A stretch of DNA of 62,998 nucleotides, the filler included, from Pirum gemmata (taxonomy: Eukaryota): assembly GCA_002812295.1 (NCBI GenBank). It is 18 parts of 18 records of this genome, joined end to end, with 100 filler letters (N's around TTAATTAATTAA, not from the genome) between each part and the next. Parts side by side here need not be neighbours in the genome. Positions count along the whole stretch, not along the records: positions 1 to 3,454 come from PDIN01002565.1; positions 3,555 to 7,008 come from PDIN01002566.1; positions 7,109 to 10,563 come from PDIN01002567.1; positions 10,664 to 14,116 come from PDIN01002568.1; 14 more parts are not named here. One strand, given 5' to 3'. How positions within the stretch are numbered: the first letter of the stretch is position 1; every line of letters starts with the position of its first letter. The notes under the pieces are model-generated. The model had not been told where the DNA came from and made no database searches. It saw nothing but the letters and a program-made list of their open reading frames with translations. Shown here in pieces: positions 1-11,735 of this stretch. Both the position numbers and the translations under genes were made by a program.

Positions 1-75
1 TATTTATTATTTATCATTTATTATATATATATATATATATATTAATTATTAATTATTAATTATTTGGTTGTTCAG

Positions 76-1726
76 GGCACACACTTGGCTGTTGGGACTA
101 TGAGCGGCGAGCTTCAAATATGGGACACACATAAGTGCAAAAAAATAAGGACAATGACTGGTCACACTGCAAGGGTAGGAACTATTTCTGCTAAATCATG
201 CTTGCTACTTTCAGGTATAAAATAATAATGGGCGTGGGGATTTTTGTAACTTTATGATAACAATAATTTTTTGTCAAGGAGAGACGGCGTTACTGTAATG
301 TGTATTTTTTTAGTAATTATAATTGGGAAGGATTGGGAGGAGTAATAATGTATACATTACTTAACTTTTAATATGGCAAATATGGTTATATAATAAATAA
401 AAAAACAACTTCTTTTCCTTGAGCTACCTCGTAGGTATATTATAATGGGGTCATCCGTACTAGCCTCTTACTTGTGATCTCTTGCTCAAACACAACTTTT
501 ATAAAGAGTATAAAATGTCTCCCAATCAGCAAAACTCTTATCTCAACAATACTAAATTTAAGATTTATTTGTATGTATATTATATATTATACTATGTAGG
601 AAGTAGAGATCGTACCATATTATACAGGGATGCTAGAACTCCTGAACATTACATAGGAACTTTGGCAGGTCATAAGCAAGAAGTTTGTGGTGTTCGCTGG
701 TCTCCGGACAAACCGTTAGTGGCTTCGGGTGGAAATGATAATCGACTCTATGTTTGGGATGTAAATAATTTTGGAAACGGCCCTTGCCTTCGGTTTACCG
801 ATCATAAAGCGGCTGTTAAAGCATTGGCTTGGTCACCGCATCAAAGTGGCCTTCTTGTTTCTGGAGGAGGTACTGCTGATCGAAGAATTAGATTTTGGAG
901 CACTTTAACCGGCCAGGCATTACAATGTATAGATACGGGCTCTCAGGTCAGTTTCTTTCTTATCTTCTTTAGTGAACTTACCTCAGTAATAAGAACAACA
1001 CTAAGTAGAAGACGAACAATAATACTCAATAATACACCACCACCACCACCACCACCACCAACAACAACAACAATAATAATGATTACAGCAATTATTTTTA
1101 CTAAGTACAGTAACAAGAATAATAAAAAGAACAAGTACAATAATATTATGAAAATGTCACAAAAAATTACAGTAACAGCCACACCACCGCCACCGCCACT
1201 ACTACTACTACTACCACCACCACCACCACCACCACCATTACCATCACCACGACTTTACTGCTACTACTACTACCATTATTGCTATTAGTACTACTATCAC
1301 TACTCACACTCGCAATAGTACGATTATTTTAACCGTATTATATAACAATGTCTCAAATAATTCTAAAATATATAAGCTGGAATTCTACAACATTTAACAT
1401 AGCGTAGTAGTGTTTAAAATTATTTTCTTTTTTATTTGTTCACATAGGTTTGTAATTTAGCTTGGTCTAAAACTGGCAATGAGCTAGTTAGTACCCACGG
1501 ATACTCCCAAAATCAGATTGTAGTCTGGAAATACCCTTCTATGACACACATTGCCAAATTAACTGGGCATACTTACCGTGTTTTGTACCTGGCAATGTCC
1601 CCTTGTGGGCAGACGATAGTTACAGGCGCTGGTGATGAAACACTTCGCTTTTGGAATGTTTTTGATAAGCATTCATCACCCAGTGAATCTAGATCAATGT
1701 TAACACCATTTACTCATATAAGATAA
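76..1726 (+). CDS. FZR1: APC/C co-activator Cdh1/Fizzy-related WD40 protein, 3' part (5' end beyond window); exons 76-214, 600-946, 1448-1726
   Basis: GT-AG splicing gives a continuous frame: GTHLAVGT..IWD..GHTARVG..SGSRDR..GHKQEVCG..ASGGNDN..HKAAVKALAWSPHQSGLLVSGGGTADRRIRFW..DTGSQ|VCNLAWS..ELVSTHGYSQNQI..GHTYRVLYLAMSP..GAGDETLRFWNVF, ending in the IR tail. GYSQNQI and RVLYLAMSP favour Cdh1 over Cdc20. Confidence 0.93.
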
Positions 1727-2709
1727 TACGTTTGCAAATACAATTAAGACCCCCTCCCCCTCTCTCTCTTCCCTCTTCATTGACCGTCAAAAAATAGATA
1801 TATAGCAATGGCAAAAATTGTATTAAAATTTTTATCTTGGGAATGTCCTTTTCCACAAAAGGATTTATTTAAATATTTGGGTTTGATCTGTTGTGTATGT
1901 GTTTTCATTTGTATTGATCATTGGTATAAACCGTTCCGAAAAAGTATTCCCAAGTTGGCCAAGCTTATAGCTGATAAAACTGGTCGAAACACTTACATTA
2001 AGAGAAGTATCAACCCTTCAAACTTTAATTAGCAACATATATTTGTTGTCCGAATTAACGCAGCCATTCATTTAATTTCCAACGTAGAATTCACACTCTA
2101 ATACGACCCCGTTTCAAAACGAATGGTTTAGCAGAATATTTTAAGGCATAGTAGTTCGCCGAAAAAAAAAAAAAAAAAACAAAAAAAAAAAAAAAAAATC
2201 AAAAAAAAAAAAAAGTAAAATAACGATTTGCGTAGTGAATAATAATAGTGGTTTGTAACCATTTAACTTGTATGTTTTACTAAAAATAACCATATAAACA
2301 TTGCCATCAAAATATCGAAATAACGAAGTAGAGGAAAAATCTAGTATCGATTTCAGTTGTTTGAATTACTTGTACCAGCCATAATAGAAATGTCATGAAT
2401 TTGATATCAACACAAAACAAATGCCATTTAATTTTTTGAAATCTACTACTAATAAAGTTGGGGAAACTTGTGCATAAACATCAGCTTTCTTCCCTCCTTT
2501 TTTAAATTACAAATGTTTGAAAATCCAAAAAGGCCTAACGGAAATAGCTTGTTCGTTGTTCGAAATTTTATTCCTGACTATTGATTTGTCATAAACGTTC
2601 ATGGGACATGATTAAGATCGCGACGGCATAGTTTAGTTCCGGCCCATGCCATCAACAAAAATAACTTCTCTACTAGAATTTGTTGGTTTTTATGAATGCA
2701 TATTTAGAA

Positions 2710-3192
2710 TTAAAACGAGGAACAAAATAAAGAAAAGGTTTTTTCATCCGGAATGGCAAAATAAACATTATCAAAATAATTCTGGATTAATGTATGGTTT
2801 AATGCCTCTTTGAATAATCGTGCCACCATTTCAATTTTATTCTTGAAAACTCCGCAACCTGTAATAATAATATCGTTTAGTTTTATAATAATTTCACGTA
2901 TTTGTGCCAGGTAAAACGAGAACATCAACTAAATAACAGCAGGTATTCTGGGTAAAGGGCAACATAAGAAACAGCGGACTAAAATGTAAAATTAAAGGGC
3001 ACCATACTAGACTGTGAACTAGCATGCAAAAACAAATAGTATTTTTAAAAAATGAAACAAAAATGTAAGGTTTGTGACAATTTACTTTTCTTCACAATTA
3101 TAGACACAATTACCATAAGCACCAAGGACTATGTTCTTTTGCTCTTGCAAAATAGCTACTAGTAAGATATATATGATTCTTTTACGCATTTC
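2710..3192 (-). CDS. TIGR02452/DUF2263-like microbial-type PARG macrodomain protein, last two exons (3192-3114, 2858-2710)
   Basis: A phase-1 splice joins EMRKRIIYILLVAILQEQKNIVLGAYG|CGVFKNKIEMVARLFKEAL..YFDNVYFAIPD, matching the family signature LVLGAxGCGVFxN..VA..F..F..VxFAI. The 5' exons are cut off by the contig end. Confidence 0.75.
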
Positions 3193-3403
3193 CTGAATAT
3201 AAAATTTTTTAAAAATAAAAACAGACAGAAACAAGCAAAAACCAAGAGCAACGGGCAAAAAAAAACAAAAAAAAAATAAAAGCAAAAAAACAAAAAAACA
3301 AAAACAAAATTAAAATTCGAAAATAGATAAAACTGTTATCAACAGTGACAAAAGTTAAAAACATTAAAAAGGTACCTTTCCTGCCACCCAACCAAAAACC
3401 GAA

Positions 3404-3454
3404 AACCCTTAACCCTTAACCCTTAACCCTTGACCCTTGACCCTTAACCCTTGA
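3404..3454 (+). repeat. (CCCTTAA/CCCTTGA)n heptamer array at contig end
   Basis: About 7 tandem units read directly. Confidence 0.85.
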
Positions 3455-3554
3455 NNNNNNNNNNNNNNNNNNNNNNNNNNNNNNNNNNNNNNNNNNNNTT
3501 AATTAATTAANNNNNNNNNNNNNNNNNNNNNNNNNNNNNNNNNNNNNNNNNNNN
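3455..3554. other. Artificial contig spacer (44N-TTAATTAATTAA-44N); identical spacers start at 7009, 10564, 14117, 17636, 21189, 24490, 28043, 31595, 35095, 38570, 41838, 45369, 48895, 52445, 55955, 59447
   Basis: Seventeen identical 100-nt blocks whose 12-mer puts stops in all six frames, spaced about every 3.5 kb. Confidence 0.98.
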
Positions 3555-4311
3555 TTCGGAAATTAACAAAGAAACCTGATTTGATATCTTGTATCAAAAC
3601 AGGCGTTATAGTCATGCTAGAATACAAGTATTACCGTATCTTGTATACTAGCTAGTAGACTATAACAAGTAGTACTTTTCATTTGTTTTGTATAATTAAA
3701 TACACAATAAAAAATACCAAAATAATAATATGTAAATCTATTTGATGCTATTTAAATTAATTTGGTTTGATTTATAGTATATGGGGGTACCCGTGGGTAG
3801 AATAAACTGGACAACGATTTTTGAAGAAATTACCTTTTTGTATTCCAACCATCTCTGATACTTATGGGTACCGGTATAAATAATATCATTCCTTATATGG
3901 GATGTCGTGGTTAGAATCAGTTTTGGTAGGGATTATACGTATACGACTGTATACGTATACAAAGACGTTCTAATAGTACTTTTCATTTGTTTTGTATAAT
4001 ATACACAATAAAATAATAATAATATATAAATCTATTTGATGCTATTTAGATTAATTTGGTTTGATTTATTATTTATTTATTAAATTTATTTTTTTATAAT
4101 CATTTAATTTAAAAGTACCAAATAAACCGTCAGAGTGACAGTTAATAAAAATGAAAAGCAGGACACACGCTTAGGAAAAACTAAAGTGAGCTCTAATTTT
4201 AACGTTGCTAAAACATTATTAATAACGTTAACGCGTTATTTTAATTAATTAATTAAAATATGTTGTTAATTCTATTTCCGGTTAGTCATAGTAAATTATT
4301 ATAATATAGAC

Positions 4312-4516
4312 TATCGTGCTTTTCAGTTATTTTGTCATAATAGAATACGCAGTAATAAATATTAATACCAAGTTATTTTTATGTCAAATTTATTTGATAC
4401 AATTTAATTAACTTGGCGTGTTTAACAATTTATATTTCATTTTAAAATAAAAACGTTTATAAACTTAAAAGTACCCAATAAATAATTTGAGTGACAAAAT
4501 AAATGAAAAGCAGGAT
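4312..4516. mobile_element. MITE family A, subfamily 2 (reverse-complement copy at 52831-53020)
   Basis: Ends TATCGTGCTTTTCAGTTATTTTGTCA ... TGACAAAATAAATGAAAAGCAGGAT. The internal sequence matches 52831-53020 on the other strand. Confidence 0.75.
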
Positions 4517-5083
4517 GCGTGGAGTACAATATTAATCTTAATTAATTTAATTTTAATCTTATATAATATGAATAAATATAAAACTTTTAAGCTTATGAAT
4601 TATTTAAAATTAAAAAATAAAATTTAAACTATAGAATACGAGTCTATTTCATTGCAGTACATGTCCTTTTTATCTTTTTAATTTGGTATCATATTATATC
4701 TGATATAATATTAAAATAATGGTTCTATAGCTAGTATTTTTAAATTTGATTTATTAGGTTAGAGTTATAACTATTAGGGTTAAGGTTAAGGTTAAAAGGT
4801 TAATGTTATAAATCAGGGTTAAGTTTAGGGCTAGGGTTATAAATTAGGTTAGGGTTAGGGAACTGTTAGGGTTAGGGTTAGGGTATTAAAAATAACCTGA
4901 GTAGAGGTCGCATGGTTAGGGTATATGAACCCATATAAGCATGGGCGGGTGCCCGGGTACAACACAGATATTTTTTATTACTATTAATGTTAATATTATT
5001 ACTTGAATTGGTATCTACCATAATTATATTTACTATTTTTTAAAAGTTATTTTTAACTGCTATTATTAGTAAGGAACACGGAA

Positions 5084-5629
5084 CTAAGGTTGGCAATTAA
5101 AAGTCATGTTATCATCAATGGTTTTAATCATGTTTTTCACATTTTCTACACTTCCTTTAAAATCTTCAGTAAAGTGTTTATTACTAAGAAGCACGTTCAA
5201 CGTTTGTGAGTAAGTCACAATTGAAGCAAAATTAATAACGAAATAATGCACGTTTGCCGCAGAGCTATCCTTATCATCAGTTGATAATAAAGTTTCTAAT
5301 ATTTCTATTATTTTGTTTTTTCTATTAAAGATCATTGAATATGCGTTATAACCCTTACTAGAATGCTTTTTAATTTTGTTGTGGATGTGTTGTATAAAAG
5401 GTTTGAAACATTCGTTCCACGTCCTCCACTGGACTTCTTCTTCAGCTTCTAGTATTTTAAACTCCATATTATGGTCAACTCTTGTGTAAAAAACACGTTT
5501 AGCGTTTTGGTTATCATTGATTACACCTCTAATTTCTCCATTTCTGATCATATTAAGAATGGCTTCATACCTTAAAACATCTTCGTCAATAGATTCATAT
5601 TCTTCAAACTCGTGATTAAAAAACAACAT
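5084..5629 (-). CDS. Intronless hypothetical protein (about 181 aa from ATG 5629), paralog of 6379-7008
   Basis: Complex-composition ORF that aligns by eye with the divergent ORF on the + strand (DED..Y..I..M..NG.I; LLS.DDKD; TYSQTL.VL..N..FTE.F). Confidence 0.8.
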   Translation of the reverse strand: MLFFNHEFEEYESIDEDVLRYEAILNMIRNGEIRGVINDNQNAKRVFYTRVDHNMEFKILEAEEEVQWRTWNECFKPFIQHIHNKIKKHSSKGYNAYSMIFNRKNKIIEILETLLSTDDKDSSAANVHYFVINFASIVTYSQTLNVLLSNKHFTEDFKGSVENVKNMIKTIDDNMTFNCQP

Positions 5630-5661
5630 TTTCAAGTATTATTGGAAAATAAATATATATT

Positions 5662-5889
5662 TCAGATAAATGAACACTGTTTAGTTTTATAATAAATAAT
5701 GATAAAGAAAAGTGATAAAGTAAAAATAAAATCATATTCTATATGCATGGTTATGAATTTACAAAATATATTCCAATCTGGGTAAGAAAAAATAATCTCC
5801 ACGTGGCCTAGATCTATTTTTTTGGTAGACTTTTTGTATTCTAGCGCCTCTAGATCGGGCTTTATTAATCTGCACTTGTTCACTTTCAT
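5662..5889 (-). CDS. Small hypothetical protein (75 aa) with hydrophobic C-terminus
   Basis: ATG-initiated ORF of normal complexity, packed about 30 nt upstream of the 5084-5629 gene on the same strand. No recognisable motif. Confidence 0.4.
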   Translation of the reverse strand: MKVNKCRLIKPDLEALEYKKSTKKIDLGHVEIIFSYPDWNIFCKFITMHIEYDFIFTLSLFFIIIYYKTKQCSFI

Positions 5890-6378
5890 GAAAAAACAGT
5901 AAAACCTGTTTGTAACACAAAGGAAACTTATTTTTTTATACTTTGATAGCTATTGGTCGATGTTTAGCCAATACTAAACACGATTGAAACACGATTGAGA
6001 CGATTAAGGTACCAATTTACTATTAATTACTAAGTAATTAACATTAAAACATTGCATTTTACTGTAGTTTTCCTTGTGATTTATCGAAATTTGTTTTTTT
6101 TTTAAAAAACTATTCGAGTCTAAAATTAATTAGTCATTCACTAATAAAACATCAGATCGTTCCTTGCCGAGCCAAATATTTTTTTTTGCTGACCGATGTA
6201 GCTCTTAGAGCTAGATAGCTTTTTTTCCAGATTTATTTTACTATTTGAGCATACCGAGGGTTAATGAAAATTTTATCAATAATTCTCTTTATAAATATAT
6301 GACTTTACTTACAATAAAGTAACAATAAATCACTCTTATTATCTTTATTCACACAAATACTTAAGTAAACCATTAATC

Positions 6379-7008
6379 ATGTATTTTCTATTCGATGAAG
6401 AAGACCTTGAACCTTTTTTTGATGAGCACTACGATACAAGCGTCCTTGTTGATGAGGACATTGAATACTATTCATTTATTGAGGAGATGGTAAGTAATGG
6501 TTCAATTACAGATGTTTATAGTGAAATGAAAGATGCTAGTACCGTGTAATACACAAAAATCAAAGATATCAAATACAAACTATTATTAAGAGATGAATCA
6601 GTACCTAACAGGATTTTTAAGGAATTCTTTTTACCTGAAATTGAATACCTTCATAGAAAGATCAAGAATAGCGGCCTGTCTGGTTTCGATTTTATTATGG
6701 ATAGGAAACGGAATAGCGGCTTTAAAACAGTGGCTGAGCTGTTATCAGATGACAAAGACAACCCACAGTTTAGTTTAGCAAGGTTCTATATAAAACATTG
6801 GGCTGCTTGTATTACCTACTCACAAACATTGAGGGTGTTAGAGAGGAATACTGATTTCACTGAAAAGTTCAGAAGTGATTTGAACACATTTAAAGAGCTC
6901 AACAAACGTTTAAAAGAACGTCTAAACCCACGGACCTTGCTTATGTACATAGAAGGTCGAAACGACTATATATATATTAGAATAAAGTGTAAAATAAATA
7001 ATAAGTAA
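6379..7008 (+). pseudogene. Paralog of 5084-5629 with one in-frame TAA at 6547-6549
   Basis: ATG 6379 is in frame with the listed 6697 ORF: MYFLFDEEDL..VDEDIEYYSFIEEMVSNGSITDVYSEMKDASTV*YTKI..LLSDDKD..ITYSQTLRVLERNTDFTEKF. Homology continues on both sides of the stop. Confidence 0.75.
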
Positions 7009-7446
7009 NNNNNNNNNNNNNNNNNNNNNNNNNNNNNNNNNNNNNNNNNNNNTTAATTAATTAANNNNNNNNNNNNNNNNNNNNNNNNNNNNNNNNNNNN
7101 NNNNNNNNTTTCTCGATGATTATATTATAATAATATATAATTAATATATTATATATAATATTATTATATAAATGGAGACCAATATATATGTATTGTTTGT
7201 TGTTGTATTATACAATGTTGCTTTTTTTAATTTCATTTTTATAAATTTAAATAATCATTTCAGTCTATCATTCCTCGTTACTTTTTCTTCGCACCGCATC
7301 TTGAGCATCTTGAGTACAAAAGTAGAATGCATTTATTTACAAATAATTTTTTTATCTATTTATTTTATACATTTATGATAATTAATTATTAAAAAAAAAA
7401 AAAATCGATTTTTTTTTACAATAATATTCTCATAATATTTCGATAG

Positions 7447-7663
7447 TATAGTGCTTTTCAGTTGTTTTGTCATTATAAAGTATACAATAAATAGTACCAA
7501 ATTAATATAATTTAAATTCATTTAATCTAATTTGGTATATTTTATTATCTGTATATNATTTGGTATATTTTATTATCTGTATATTGATTTAAAATTGTCA
7601 ATTTAAAGATTATAACCCTCCAAATAAATATTCGGAGTGACAAAATAAATGAAATGCACGATA
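7447..7663. mobile_element. MITE family A (about 180-200 bp, about 22-bp imperfect TIR GTGCTTTTCAkTTrTTTTGTCA)
   Basis: TIR pair read directly. Near-full copies at 37562-37735, 41196-41386, 49024-49200 and 55041-55228. Partial copies near 3670, 3975, 20560, 23820, 24712, 40186, 40716 and 54394. Confidence 0.8.
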
Positions 7664-8836
7664 TTACGTAGTAAAAATACCCAAGACTTCTTAAAATGTG
7701 CTTGTGCTTCCAAATGCAAGTGGTCAAGCGTAAGTATGATAGAGTTTATGCATAGTTTAATTTATGGTAGTATATTTATATTATAGACTATAATATTATG
7801 TAAACGGATATGCATTGATGGCGACTTTTAAATGCCCATATCTCCGTTACTGTTGCTTCTATGAAGGTGATGTTTAAATAATATATATAAGTATAAAGAT
7901 TAAGTTATGTACACACAATGTCATGTACTGTATATATTATATTGTTGATAAAGTAAACGATATTGTGACTAATAATAACTATTTGGAGATATACAGTTGT
8001 CTTAGCTATTGTCTTAATAATATCATCTTCATCTCATTACAATAGTATTACAATATATAGCAAGAGATAATATTATATGAGCCCCCGGCGCCCCGGCTCT
8101 CCGCATGGGTTATATTATATATATAATATAATATTAATATAATATATCGTTATTGAAACTGTTATTGTCAACTTCATTCATAACGAGTGTTGTCCTTTCA
8201 ATTTTTATTTGGTATTTTAAATTCGATGATCGAACATTTTATAAATAAATAAAAAACATGACAAATTTAATACATCAATGACAAGGTATACGTGACATTG
8301 TACATAATTATAAAAGTCATAAATTAATTTGAATATTAATATCTTTTTTTTAATATTAATTCACACACATATATATAGAAAGTATGCTACTGAAATCTCT
8401 GCCAATTATACCAATATAGTCCAATATCGTGCATAGTATAATATACATTTTATAAATATAATTAGAAAACCATTAATATTCAACAATTATAATTAGCTAT
8501 AGGTTGTATACCAGCTATTTTAATCAAACTTACCTGCTAAAGTACGATTTATTGATATATATTATGATAATATAATATACATAAATATATGTATGTATTA
8601 ACATATATTTAATATATATTATATTTAAATTTTTTTGCTGGATAAAAATTGCGACATATACTTACGACACCCGCCCCCAAAAATCTCAAAATGATACAAT
8701 TTTAATGAAAGTAGTCTACTATATTATAATATTTAATTTTATATTATAATAGTGATCATATTATCAAAATTTGAGAAACTGTGCTTGGCTAAAAAATAAA
8801 AATTAAAAAAAAAATAAAAAATAAAAATAAAATAAA

Positions 8837-9931
8837 AGCCGGATAAAAATAATTGCGACTTCCGCTATATGAGCCCAAAATTCGAAAAATCTCAAAATGC
8901 TGCAATTTTAATAAAAGTACTACCAAAATTTCAGAAATTGTCTAACTAAGGAAACTCTATTATGAACCAATGGCCAGTTTTTTTAAAAACATTGGCTAAG
9001 AATTTTTTAAAAAAAAGGTTTTTAGAAAAGAAGTCTAAAAAAAAAAAGCATTTCAACGGTTTTATCCAGCTAAAAAAAAAAAAAGTATGGTAATGCTTGG
9101 ATGCTTTCTTGGGAAACGACAAGAAATTTGGCGAGAAAAAACCTCAGTAAAAAACCTATGATGCTATAAGAAAAAGAGGGATTTCAATCATTGCAAGATT
9201 CTTTTGAATAAACTCCTTGAGAAAAAGCATTATTTTATGATTTTATTTCAATTAATTATTATATTATCATTATACTTCATTATAATAATTATCATATTAT
9301 ATACAATATAATATTAATAATTAATTTTAATTAAATCATATATATAGCACGATGAGGAAAAATTCCTTAATAATAGTAATAATTACAATCCATATTAATA
9401 TTATTGCAATAGTTATTATTTTTTGCTAATGAATTAAAATTGCATATTAATATTAATATATATACTAATAACAATTAAAAACAATATTAGGAATAAAATG
9501 GTAAAGAATAATGATGAAAGAGTTGCACACCTCACCTCTTTATTGTAATACTAGATTTGAATACAATAGTGTAACACTGAAAAATGCTGATTCTAATGCT
9601 AATTGTAATCCATAACTTAACAATGTTAAGTTCATTGTGTAATATAATATTATTATCAGTCCAATATTTATAATCAGTGTATTAATAATCCCCAAGACTT
9701 TGTCTATTATTTATATAAAACTACATTTTTTTTTAGACTCCCTTTTCTAAAAACTTTAATTATAACTGGCCAAATTATTTTTAAAAACTAGCTATTGGTT
9801 CATAATAGAATTTTACTATTCAGACTTTTTCTCAAATTTTGGTAGTACTTTTATTTTAAAATTGGATCATTTTGAGTTTTTTTGGGTTTTTGAGGTCATA
9901 ATATGGCGGATGTCGCCATTTTTATCTGGCT
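8837..9931. mobile_element. Foldback/MITE-like element with about 200-bp imperfect inverted arms
   Basis: 8837-9046 is the reverse complement of about 9727-9931 (AGCCGGATAAAAAT..AAAAGTACTACCAAAATTT..CTATTATGAACCAAT..TTTTTAGAAAAG..GTCTAAAA). Further arm copies at about 8637-8790 and 50360-50505. Confidence 0.7.
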
Positions 9932-10879
9932 TGGACTACTCTCTATGATAGCTATGATACTACAAGCTAGCTAGCTACTAGCTGCCCCCCCCTAGCTAGC
10001 TAGGCCCTCCCCCTATGGTACTACTAAGTTTTAAAAAATAAGACTTAGTGTTTTTCCTCCTTTGAGCCGTATGGTGCTTCAATATTTTCATTCGACATTT
10101 GAAAATATTGGAAAGTGTAGATTGGTTGCTTTTACTTGGTTCTTTTGTTTTTGTAAACGAAAAAAAGAAATGCGATGATAAAAAAAGTTTGATTAAATTC
10201 GTTTTTTTTCAAAAAAATATTTCTTTTCGAACAGTATTCTTTTATAAATATAAAATAAATTATAATTTTTCAATAAAAACAATCGAATCAAACTAGCGCA
10301 ACTTTTTTAATTTTCTTCGGGAACTTTTCGCCCAGAATTTTTTTTTTTTTTAAATATGGCTTTCCATTGGTTTGATTTTCGTTAGTATTTTTTATTTTTT
10401 ATTGTTTTATTTTTATCATATAAATATATTTTTTATCTTTTTATTTATTATATAGACTATTTATTTATATTATAAATAATTTATTTATTACAATAAATAG
10501 GGGTGAGATATCTACTGGAACTTTTTTCGAACAGATGCTTATCGAGCAAACCTTAGTTCCGTGNNNNNNNNNNNNNNNNNNNNNNNNNNNNNNNNNNNNN
10601 NNNNNNNTTAATTAATTAANNNNNNNNNNNNNNNNNNNNNNNNNNNNNNNNNNNNNNNNNNNNTTATTATTATTATTTATTATTGTTATAATAATAATAA
10701 TAAATATATTTAAATATGTAACAATAATAATAGACTTCAATTTTACCCCGACCAATTATGATCCTACCCCTAAATCTGACTTTAAAAATATAAGTTTAAA
10801 TCCTGTTCTTAAGCTTATGGTTAAATTAATCCGAATTCGAAACTCATAACAATAACTCTAATCCGTATCCTGATCATGA

Positions 10880-11030
10880 TTCTAACACTAAAACTAAAAT
10901 TAACACTTGCGCTAACACTAACACTAACACTAACACTAGCACTAACACTAATACTAATATTAACAGTAACACTAACACTATCACTAACACTAATACTACT
11001 AATATTAACAGTAACACTAACACTAACACG
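10880..11030 (+). repeat. (CTAACA)n hexamer microsatellite
   Basis: Read directly; explains the LT-repeat pseudo-ORF. Confidence 0.85.
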
Positions 11031-11735
11031 AGCACTATTATTATTATTATTATTATTAATTATTAATTATTAATTATTATTATTATTGTAACTGTATTTT
11101 CATTTTTTTACTACTATTTATTTTTTATTTTATTTTATTTTGATTTTTTATTTATCATTTATATATCATTTGTCATTGTTGTTTATTATTTTTCATTTAT
11201 CATTGATTAATTTGTTCATTTGTTTATTTGTTCTTTGTTCTCTGTTCTTTTAAAAAAATATTTATTATTATTTTTGTTGTTGTGGTACTTATATTAATTA
11301 ATAATGTGTTTTTTTTTACAATATTTGATAAATTTACTCTTTTGAATTTTCCTTTGTTCTTTATCATATTTTTGTCATATTTTTTTTCTTTATTTTTCCA
11401 TCGATTCATTTAGCTCATTTGCTTTTTGTTGTTGTTCTTTCAAATTATTTAATTACTATTATTATTATTATTATATTTTAATATGTCATACTTATATTAT
11501 AATTTGTTTTTTTATATAATAAAATTTATTTGTTATCTTATATATTTACAATCGAACGTTAGCTAGTACTTTTTTGAGTTAACAGTATATATATATATAT
11601 CTGTTTATTGGTACATTTTACAACATATTGTTTCTGTAGTGCGATACGTTATAATTATTTTTAATCATTCTATTTTTAATTAAGTAATTAGATTTTATTT
11701 TTCGTTACTTATTTCACTCTACTTTATTTCTACCA

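Noticed and set aside
482..1288. 268-aa ORF as a complete gene
   Set aside because: Only 600-946 is exon; the rest is intron read-through, including the poly-Pro microsatellite.
1808..2032. 74-aa ORF after Cdh1
   Set aside because: No motif; it lies in the probable 3'UTR/intergenic space between convergent genes.
6547..6549. TAA reassignment (alternative genetic code)
   Set aside because: TAA terminates Cdh1 exactly after its conserved IR tail and ends other genes, and the long ORFs have no internal TAA.
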